Position numbers and translations under genes: made by a program | The notes under the pieces: generated by a model | The model's database searches: none | The model's input: the letters and a program-made list of their open reading frames with translations, nothing else | Told to the model about the DNA's origin: nothing | Shown: piece by piece, positions 1 through 10,631 of the stretch | Position numbering within the stretch: the stretch's first letter is position 1 | Layout of the letters: each line of letters opens with the position of its first letter | Source of the DNA: Catajapyx aquilonaris | Taxonomy: Eukaryota | Assembly (NCBI GenBank): GCA_000934665.2 | Contig: KZ538431.1 | Span: 62,001 to 90,823, forward strand | Reading direction: 5' to 3' | Length of the DNA stretch: 28,823 nt

Positions 1-3000
1 TACAGCGTTATTATATGAAGCAGTTTCTCTCTAGCAGCTCCCTATAATTTTTATTTCAAAAATTTGCTTAATAAAAACAGTCTGACAATAACTAATATGC
101 AGACTGTTAAGTGATGGGAACTATACCATGCTTCAGTTCATACCTGTACAGCATACAGCCGTTGGGTTACCTACAAGTACCAAGTATAGTTCACCTTCCA
201 AGAGTGGATTTGTATGTTAGACTGGTGAGCAACATATGCGCTGAAGCTGGTTTGACATGCTGTGCATCCGGCTTATAATACCTTCTCCGGAAGTTACTTC
301 ATGTCCGGTCCTTGACGTTTCCCCGGAGGATCCTTCCCAAGTCTCCGGGAGTGGAGGGAAGCCCCCGGAAAAATGCGTTTGGCCGTTTCCTTCCGTGGGA
401 AGAAGAAGAGGAAGAAGAAGGAAGAGGAGGGAGAGAGAAAGAGAGAAAAAGTCGGTAACGTCTGCGATGATGGGTGTTCCCAACTTGGACTTCCTTCTGA
501 AACTCCTCCGGTTGTAAATCAGAGTGGTAGGGTGCGGCTGTTGCTGTCCATTTTCTAAGGGAGGGGTCTGCCCGAACAGTTACACCCAATATTACTCCTT
601 GACAACGATGGAAGCGGAACAAGTACAATAATTTTCAAAATACCTTTTTAGCACGCTTAAAAAGGAAGGGGGGAGGGGCGTATATCAAAGTTGGCATAGC
701 GAGTGCATAAACACGGTGTAAACGATGAACTTTGCAGAATCTACACGCCTGTGGGTGCAGGGCTTATTCCTGTGGCAAAAGATTCCCTCGCACTGGCGCG
801 GCTCTCCCGCGTGCAGCATTGTAAACTATGGTTTTATAGAGCTGCAAACTTCAAAGCTATAACCAGTATGTGTACGTCAATCGCTTTTGTATGCATATCC
901 AGGGCCGGAGGGGTGACTGGGGGGCATTACAGTCAAAACCCCATCCCCACATCCCTATAACCCTCATTCCCACCCACCCATCCACCCACCCATGAACAGC
1001 CCCCCCTTCCTCTCTTGTCCACTGCCCCTCTCCATATATTTTTGTATCATCGAGTATGTGGGTTGGGTGATGGGAACGAGAGGATTTTACGCAGAACATG
1101 CATTTGCAACTGATAGCATTGCTATATAGCAAGGGTATATACAAAGTGGTACATTCCCAGCCCGAAAAGTGCGGCGGAGGTGCCAACAGATTCTTCATGT
1201 TGTGCTGATTGGTCATTCTTTTTGACGGATGCGGATACAGCAAAAACATGTGGAAAAATAATTATGCTGATTAAAAATCGCTTTGGGACTGCGGCGTTGC
1301 GTAACTGTTTGGGCCAAGTAAATAAATTGTTGACTTGCGGTAAATAGTCCGAAATTGTTTCCACATTACGGTACAACTGATGAATTTTTAAAATTCGGTG
1401 CAACACACGCATTGACTTAGTGTTTGTTTGCATTAAGGCTTCATAAAATAATTCGCAAGCGAATCAAAATGCGCATTTGCGTATTATTCTAGCGTGCTAA
1501 TCCGAATTAAATTAGTCAGTACAGTAAAAACATCATATTGGTATAGTAATATGATAATTTAAATGGCATTATTTTCGATTGCACACATTACACTCTCTTA
1601 TATTGCATTATCTTCAGTGTTAGCATAGTTTTGATATTCATAAAACGATCATTTGACTGTATATGCCAAAGGAAAATAATTACGGTACGTTAGTATAGCA
1701 TGTCTTGTGTATTTTTTTTTTTCCTCAACTCGGCTCCTTATATGTATCAGGTTTACACTGCATGCGGCAGCCTTGAGCTAATCTAATATCTCTTCAAAAT
1801 TCAAGACACGCCATCATAAGTAACTATTACGGAGACGACAGATTATCAAATATTGAATTTTTCCATAGTGCCTTTTATTTCAGTTTCTGTATTGCTATCC
1901 GGGGCCCGCGTGTATACTCACAGTCCAAAGGAAAGTCAATCATTTGCAGGGCATGAATATTAATTTGTGACCCTCCCCCACCACTTTTCCGGTTCGTGTG
2001 TTCCGTTGTGCTACTCTACGGGCATTGATTCCGATATATCACCTGTGACACTTGCCAAGGTCGACTGCGATCGACTCTGATGAATTCGCAGAAAGTCTTG
2101 CTGCAGAAAAGTGCGTGTACGTCTCCAAGACCTGCTGTGTAATAACTTGCACATCTCGTAACATGGACGTGCTGCTGATAATAAAAAAACCTTGCAGTAT
2201 AGAGCATAGGGTTGGGTGCAATTTAATTTGAGACACCCGTAACATACAGGGTACGGTCGGGGGTGAAAATCCGTCGGTCCCGCTACCACAGGAAGGCCAC
2301 CGAACCGTGTGGCGAACACGATAATGCGTAAATTGGGCCCATAAAAGCGTATTTCATTGCAGTGCATTAGCTTATGACATAGTACACATACTTTTGGATT
2401 ACCCCTTATTATACCGTCATTGACTCATTTTGGGGAAAAGCGGCCCCGGTGAACTGGCTGTGGGTTTGGGTGCTGCTGAGGGGAGGGGGGGAAAATTATA
2501 ACAAGGCTCGACTGATGCCATTTCTTTGTTCAGTTGGGGAACAGAATTTTGCGCTCGTTTGGGGGGAGTGGAGGCATAAATTAATATGCAAAGTTTTTTT
2601 TCTTTCTTTTTCCTTGCCGGGTAGAAAATACTCGAGGTAGACTTATGACGCCTAAAAAGGCTTTCTAATGGTGTCTGAGCGGAATCTGATTAGGAGGTGC
2701 TGGTAACATATAATCGAGTTGGTTGCAAAGATGCTGAAAATGGGGGGAGTGGTTAATGGTGGCTGGATAAATAACCTGACTCGCAAATTATTTTCGGGGG
2801 GGGGGNGGCGTCGGAAATATACAACAGTGTGGGGCGTTGTTTTTCGCCCCCCTCCATCCCTCCACCCACCCTGCTGAATCAATGTATGCCTTGTGATTGT
2901 GCAAGAATGAAAGGTCTGATACGAATCGTGTTTGTAGCCTGCACCGACACTGCTCCCATGAGTCTCCACTATGTTATCCTGTATGCAAACTGGCCCTGAC

Positions 3001-5024
3001 CATATTGGAATCCTATCTGAAGTTGCATATCCAATTCGCGCATATCGTATGGTTGCGGGGGATATCCGGGGGGGTGGAAATGGGTGGGAGGGGGGAAAAA
3101 ATAATAATAAAAAAATTGGCGCATGCCATCCGGTAGCTTTTGGTACGCGGCTTTTGTCTTGTCAATGTAATTAAAGATGAATTATACATGCAGATGAGTA
3201 CGCAATTGCTGGCAACCGAAGTGGACTAATACATCGGCGGTGTGTATGAACAGTCAATTTAACCTAATGCATGTGATGTCATTTGATTCTGCGGCGTTCA
3301 TCATAGCCTATTATAATTAGTTCAGTTGGAACGGTTTCAAAATTAGCTGCCGGCTGAGTAAAGATGGATTTACTGCCTTCGTGCATGTTTCGACCCACGA
3401 TTTTTTTTTAAATTGCGACAAAATTGCATATTGTTTTTTTTTGTGTTGTTGAATTATTTAGTAATTCTCAATAATGCAATGACAGCTTGGTTTTTAAATG
3501 TAGTTACGTTTAAGTATGAAGCTTCTGTTATACTGTATATAGGTATACGCGGCTATACTTTTACCAGCAGAGTGTATATATACATTGTTTATTAAAATTA
3601 ATAATACCTGATGGTGATCCATTTGGTCGAAAAATCTTTTAAAAAACATCCTGGAAAAAGTCTCATACGAAAATTCTCCCTTTTTATGGCATGTAATTGA
3701 ATCATTTTCAATGATGTTATGAGGACTATTTTGGGCTGTAAGCTCTCTCAATGGAGTTGAACTCTGGGAAGGCAATATTTGTGGCAAGGGAATATTTAAC
3801 AGTTCTTCTGTGTATATGCGGCGGCTTGAATATCACGCAACATTGCTTGCTTTTATCGCAGCTGGTTTATTATTGAATTTCTCTACATGTGTGTATACGT
3901 ATACGTTATTAGAAATTATTCATCATTATTGTATCCAATTCATGCAATAAGAAATCTTCACGTCATGGAAATCAGTCAAATGTATCATGTGAAGTTTAAG
4001 AGTCATTAATATTGAACCATGCCCTATACTTGCTTTCTTAATCATGATTACCTAAAATACACTGCAAATCGTGTGAGCGAACACCCGAAACAAAGACTTT
4101 GCAACCGAGTTAATTTATAAATGGCGACAAATAATGCAGGCGTGCTTGACTATATAGGGAATTTGGGGACACTTGACCTATTCAACTTTGTAGCCCCCCC
4201 CGTAAGTGACACGGGCATAAAAAAAGGAGGGGCTTGGAACAAAGGAGGATCCGGATTCCCCAGGCTGATGTCACCCCGGAGCAAAGTTGACTAGTGTAGG
4301 CCCCCACACATGATCAAAAGTAGGCAGTGGCAGGGGACTTCTATCCAAAGGCCTGGCGTCCCCTTGTCAAGAGCGTTTGTCCCTGGATAATAATTTATTA
4401 GGCTACAAGCTGGGCCGGAATAGTCGACTTTGTCCCCGGAGGGTGAGGACTCTACCTCTTGTCCGATCGTGTAGTGCTAGCTTGCCCTAGTAGGTCTCTC
4501 TCTGTCTCTTTTTTTTTAGCTGCTTGACAGCTTGCTGCGACAATGCAATGCACTGCCCACATGTAACGCTTGGACAGGACCGATGCGGAACTTGCTATTT
4601 TTGCGGAGGGAACAATAAAAAAAAGGCAGGAACTGCATAGCACCCCATCAGTATAGTAATTTCGAAACGTGCGCTCATCTCAAAATACTGTCATCAGAAG
4701 AATATATATAAAAAAATGTCAACTCGCAATCCAGATGCCACTGTTGGCCTTGAGACCTACTTCCAGAGATAACCTCCATTAAAATAATTGCCCATGCAAG
4801 TCCGTTTTTGTGCTGTCTCTACAATGTCGGGGGAAAGGCAGCAGCAGGAGATTCTATCACATGATTGCGCACGCAATGAAATAATGTATAGCCCGTCCGC
4901 GTAAGTGACGCGCCGGGTTCACTTTGGACTAATGAAGTGGATGGGAGAATCATTGTCATATATTTTGACCGCACTTAATGACTCCTGTACTTGCACGCGT
5001 ACTTATTTTGCCAATGTCTTACCA

Positions 5025-5559
5025 GGGTCATACTAGGCATAAATAAGAGCAACAAACATCAACTTCCAGAGGTATGCTTTTACACCTTGTAATGTTGACA
5101 CTTTTGGCAGCTGACAGTATAGGGTGCGGTATAAGTGCTTGTGTCCAAAGCGCGGTGACTTGAAAGAAAGGGATGTAAGCCTAGGTCCCCGAGAGCCAAT
5201 TAAGGACGATCCGTCGGTGACCTTTGCACGGATATATCTCGGCTGAGAGGAAAAGCTTGTAGGTGGTGCTGCCCGAGAAAAGTCCGGCGCGGTAAATCCT
5301 GAGGCGGTGCCGCAGAATGAATCCATTTTTGACCCTTCTTTTCGGTTCTAGAGGGTTCAAGAGAGGGGCCTCCCAAAATAATCCTTTGCCGAAAGGAGGA
5401 TTTTTCCCCCCCTAAATTGTGCCGATCTTCGTCCGTCCCAGGCTTGACTCAGGGTCAAGGCCACTATGTCGGGTCACACTCCGTCTATTTCAAGACCTGT
5501 CTGTACTTCAAACAGTAGTGTCTGGCCCGACAAGGAGCCGCCTGTGTGATTTTTGACCT
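5025..5559. promoter_or_regulatory. Cluster of nuclear-receptor half-sites (RGKTCA), candidate distal enhancer
   Basis: Half-sites at 5025, 5218, 5330, 5354, 5452, 5471 and 5554. Also a FTZ-F1-type TCAAGGCCA at 5455 and an AP-1 TGACTCA at 5445. Confidence 0.35.
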
Positions 5560-6994
5560 CTCTGAACCACACTCATTGCACTGATATTTAAGTGTTTGAA
5601 TATAAAAATATGGACTTGAAAATTGAGAATCTGCAATAAATTCGCATCTAAAACCCTGGCATGTTTTATATGGTGGCCATAATGCAAACAATATTGTGGA
5701 AGAGATCATTTAAAATCCGACGCCCCTATTTGTTTTTGCAAGAGTGTAGAAAGAATGAAAAGATAATTGAGAGAGAGAGAGAGAGCACAGCAGGAGCCAG
5801 ATTTTTAGCGAATTCGTCCACGGCCCGCATTTGGCGCAATGAGTTAGTTTTCGCGTCCGCAAACCTGCTGGCGGACAGCTCAGGTCTATTCCACTGGGCA
5901 ATTAAGACTATGTATATGTAGAGGGGGTGGCTCGAAAATAATAGAAAACTCTAGTGCTATGGCAAGCGCTCCTAGGATGTCAAAAAGCGCGCGGAAAAAT
6001 TAATGGGTCGCTCCTGGACATAGATGCAGACATGGCGACATGTATACACAAGCAGCAGAGGCAGGCAGGCAGGCCTCATTTCCATAACAATTTATACCCG
6101 GTGGGGAGAGGCGGATTCCAAGCACTTGTGGTAGCAACGTCCATCAAGAGCGTACCCGGGAGGACCCCAGGCTGGCTGGGTTGATCTTCAACCCTGCGTT
6201 TGCCCAGACTATCCTGGTAATAGATTTATGGCAGGGCCCGTTGGGGAGGGGTGACCAGTGGCGAAGGGGATATACCAGTGGCGTCTAAGCCGCAAAAGTA
6301 TAGTGGCGGAGGGCTGTGGTCAGGTGAAGGGGGGGTGGGCTGTGCTGTACAATTCCAGTAGCCGACAGTCCGTGTAAATGCCACTCAAATGGTTGGGTCT
6401 GCCTCGGGGAGTTTTGTATACAGAGAGGATGGGGCAGATGCACAGGTGGCTGCCACGGATATAATGACCACCTGCTGGGTTGGCTGGGGTCAGTCACGGT
6501 GGCCCGAAAAAGGGTGCACTCCGCCCACCTCTCTCCGAAAAGATCCGACCCAAGCAGGAGACGTCTCAGGATGGATTAGGACATTAGGATGGAATGCAAA
6601 CCCTTTCTTATCAAAATGCGCTACCTTAGGGGTGGACATGCTGTAAATCTCCAGGATGTGTCGTTGACCATGATGAGTCAGTCCAAATATTCCAGTTATA
6701 TATGGAAAACAACTAATACCAGCGTGCAGTGAGCTGAAAATCATGGTAATGGAAATTCATCGTGAAATAATTATTTAAAACAACTCGTGGAGCCTCCTGT
6801 TATGCAAAGCTGATAAAGGGAGTAAATTTGGTGTAAATTGGTTATAGTGGTAGTGTGTGACATCACGCGCTGTAATAATAAATATTACCATAATGTTTTG
6901 ATATCACGCTTCCAAAATGTGTGAGCCAAAATACGTCAATACGACAATGTGCATTGTACTTTTCGGTTAAAAGTATAAGGGTGGAAAATTCGTT

Positions 6995-7077
6995 CTACTG
7001 TTAGCTACTGATAACTTAGCAGTATCCATTATTGCCAACACTGGTACTGATGCTAAGTTAGCAGTAACTAGCAGTAG
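6995..7077. repeat. Imperfect inverted repeat / hairpin (27-nt arms, 24/27 complementary)
   Basis: CTACTGTTAGCTACTGATAACTTAGCA (6995-7021) pairs with TGCTAAGTTAGCAGTAACTAGCAGTAG (7051-7077). Confidence 0.85.
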
Positions 7078-8585
7078 CACAAAAATTCAAGTTTGTAGGT
7101 CCAGACTGTTGACGTTACTTTCCAGCACAGATAATTACCCGATGGTCATCCGCATATTCCGAAATTGTGGTTCCTTGAGAGTGTCGCATCAGGCCGGGAT
7201 CCCTGTAAATTGCATTACCATAACAGGAAATAACGCCGGCCATTCTAAAAGGATAATCACGGGCCATTAGCTCATCCCCACCGAAAAAGGAATCCTTAAT
7301 GTCATTACCAAGGTCGGGCCCATTTTGGATAGCCGGAAAAAGGATCATATGTTCACGTCATAATCATCACACACAATAGACTCTTCCTGATGATTCCCTC
7401 GAGATGAGGACCATAAAAATTTTGATGGCCACCCTGCAAGGCTTCCCCGAAAAACTGGGCACAGGTCCTCCCGGCCATGAAGGGATAGAAATCGAAATTT
7501 TCTCTTTTGCCACGAGTTATATGGTCCCTGGAGCCAAGGTGGCAAAAAGATGGCCGCCGTTATTATCCGGGACCGTCCCCCTTTTTTGCAAGATTTCGAA
7601 GACAGCACAGAGAACGGTAATTCAGGAGACTCGAAATGGTGGGTCATTTTGCCAGGATGACGGCGAAGTAACGTCACTCGTTAAACACACGTGAGGTCCC
7701 CCCCCCTTCCCAGATGATTAAATGGTCTCTTGTCCAAAGGGAAAGAATCTCCCCCAAAAGGCGGGGGAAAAGGTTGCGGTACATGAGGGAGGGGGGGGGG
7801 GAAGTCATAGATGTCACAATACTTGGCTATTTTTTTATTCATGCCGACCGTGTACGTGCATGTGTTGTAAGTAAGGTCTCATTAAAAGTGAAGGCAAGGC
7901 GCGGTTAGGGACGGCGTGTCATATATATATATGAACACACGCATGTAAGGCAATGCGACAGCCGTATCATGCGACGTCTGCCAGCCGAAATTAATTAAAG
8001 AGCGTTGTTAAGGAGCTTGTCCAATCATGAAGATCCTCAGGAATAGCTTTTATGTCCGCGGAGGGAGAGATGTTGGGCAACGAGAGAAAAAAAGAGAACA
8101 GTTCTTTTCCACGACTTAGCAGATGAGACACGTACGTCCTGTCATGTAATTGTCATTGAAGTCGGTTTGGCAAAGCGGTCCAAAGTCCCTTTATGCAATT
8201 CCAGATGGATCGTGTGGATGGTACAGCAGAGGTCCTTGGATCGCACCCCGGAGGAACCTGGAGTCCCAGGCCATGCAGGTAAAGGCTCGCTTACGTCGTG
8301 GCCTAATCACCTGATCTGTCCCGTAATGAGGGCCAAATGGTTCACGCGAACGAGCACTTTTTTCCCCCCCCCCTTACTGCATGAGACTACTCTCAGGCAA
8401 CCCTTTCGCCTCTGGGAATGCTCAAGCAGACCCCGAGATATAACCAGAGGACAATGTGTTCCAATTGAGCTCAGAGCACACAAGGAGCCGACACAAAAAT
8501 TGTGGAAAAAATCGTAATGGGCGACCTAATGTGGCAGGAGTAGGGGCACGCTGCACCAACCTATCCCATGGGCAAACTTCCCGGC

Positions 8586-8700
8586 GGATACACCCCTATT
8601 CTTAGAGGATACACGGCTATCCTTCAGCGGATACAGCGATATTCTTAGAGGATACACTGCCATCCTTCAGCGGATACACCATATCTTTCAACAGTATACA
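8586..8700. repeat. Minisatellite of 21/22-nt monomers forming a 43-nt higher-order unit
   Basis: GGATACA starts at 8586, 8607, 8629, 8650 and 8672 (degenerate copy at 8694). Monomers alternately end in TATTCTTAGA and ATCCTTCAGC. Confidence 0.9.
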
Positions 8701-10475
8701 TGCCTAGGAGAATAGTTACAAGTGCGGGGTCTCCTGATACGAAAGTGTAGCTGAAAATTTTGTGTCGACGATGTTATCGAGCGTTTGCGCCGAATTTTCG
8801 CCAAATTTTTGCATCTTTTATTCCAACACTTGGGCTATATCCAGGAAAAGACCCGTTTCTCGTCCAGTGTAACTAACCATTTCCCGGGGCCTAGTATCTA
8901 CCTACTAGCCCAACCAGGCTCCCGAAAATAAATGAAGAGCTAAATGGCGGGTGATGGTGCGGGCGCACAAGGCAAGCGGTTGATGAGGCGCGCCGACTGA
9001 CTGCGGTCACTCTGATGGCACCTGCGAGATCTGTTGATGTTATCGCCAATCATTGTTTCGCCGGCCAAAAGCTGGGGGGGTCCCTCCAATGTGGCCCCGG
9101 GGGGTCGTGTGGCCCATGGTGGTATAGGAGAGGGGGTGAGTGGGGCTAAGTTTAGGTTGGTGGAAAACCTCCCCAAAATAAGGACTAGCCATGCAACCGA
9201 GCTGACCAGTAGACGACTCATCATGCAGTGTGTACACATGCTGCGGAAAAACAGAGAGCGGGGGTCTCCCAAATGGAATTTTCCAAAAGATCAATTGACC
9301 AAATGGAGCAGAGAAAGAGTGACCGAACGGCTGGAATTTCCGTCGCATTCTTCCCATTTCACGCCCAATTTCCAATCGCCCCGAGGGGTCCAGGGGGAAA
9401 GCACCAAACGACCAGAATTCGACATTAGGATCCGGGAGGGTCTTAATTGTTCGTCCTGTTTTAGAAACCAGGTCAGAACTAGTCTGAACCGGAAAAAAAT
9501 ATATTGTTAATCGTATTTTAAGTGTATTCGCAATTTATTGTTTAAATTCCAGTTGTCGCCAAGGGAGCGTGAATAGTGTAGGTGCTTTTTTTTGGGATGG
9601 TGGTCTGCTGCGGATGTGTTCATCTCCCGGCGGATGAGTCGGACCTTCTTGCAGTTGGGGAGGGCATCGGTGGACTTTATTCACTTGTAACGTGACAATA
9701 AGTGCCTTTGCGTGGCTGCGGCCTGATCGTGCTCTTGGGAGGGGAAACCCGGGACGCCAGGCCTCTTCAAAATACGCACGACATGCCTTGCCTTCACATG
9801 TGGCCCGGCATTCGAATTTCACCTGCTCTCGTCTCTCTCTCTTTTTTTTGACTCTGGTTGTGTTGTTGTTGGTTGGTTTGTGGCGGTGTGGCTTTCCCTC
9901 CCTTCTAACCAAAACTATTGCGACTCCCGATTGGGAATGGTCTACAGGATCATTTTCCAGGTGGGACTGGGGAGATACTTGTCGATATAAAGTCCAGGTG
10001 GAACCGACTTCGAAACTCGGCTCTGACGATATTACTGGCGGGCGTCATTTTTCAACCTTTCCAACCAGAAAAAAAAACTCAGAGGGGGAGACCGGATGAA
10101 ATAAAGAAAATAAAAAAGTGAGGTCGGATGTAATCAGCATTAATTTCACCTTGATGGTATAGGTCAATTTTTGTGATTGAAAATATGGAGGTTTGCACCA
10201 CATGGTATTCCTCTAAGAGGAAAGTTTTCAAAACGAAAAAATGCTATGATTTATATTGACCCAACAATTTTAGCGACAATTTCGTAATTTGGCATTAAGC
10301 TGCTTGTATCGCGGGTTTCTCTGCACATAATGAAATGACATAGTTGATTTATTTTTCCATGACATTATGAGGCATGAAAACTTATTTGCTAAAATGCAAC
10401 GATGAGCTATTTGCAACAGAATTTGCAAAATGTTGGACTATATTAGTACAGCGATTCTCTTTAAAATGAAATAAT

Positions 10476-10631
10476 CAGCGCCGGATTACCCATTGGGTAC
10501 AATAGGCAATTGACCGCCCATATTGGCAGCCGTATAAATTGTAATTAATAATTTTAAAAATCAAATAAAGGCCAGAACACGATTAATTCTTAATTCTAAT
10601 TCTCAACTGCCTAAGGGTAAATCCGGAGCTG
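10476..10631. mobile_element. MITE / non-autonomous DNA transposon (156 bp)
   Basis: Imperfect TIRs CAGCGCCGGATT-ACCC and GGGTAAATCCGGAGCTG, flanked by near-direct repeats TGAAATAAT / TAAAATAAT (8/9). AT-rich non-coding interior. Confidence 0.7.

Noticed and set aside
1447..1488. Short imperfect inverted repeat AATAATTCGCAA...TTGCGTATTATT
   Set aside because: Short and AT-rich, compatible with chance or an unidentifiable TE remnant.
8586..8700. CRISPR-like appearance of the repeat
   Set aside because: Eukaryotic locus, variable parts only 4-5 nt long, and no cas genes.
10140..10440. AT-rich stretch reminiscent of decayed DNA-transposon interiors (similar impression at ~12100-12830 and ~17080-17340)
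   Set aside because: No termini or TSDs could be demonstrated without a repeat library.
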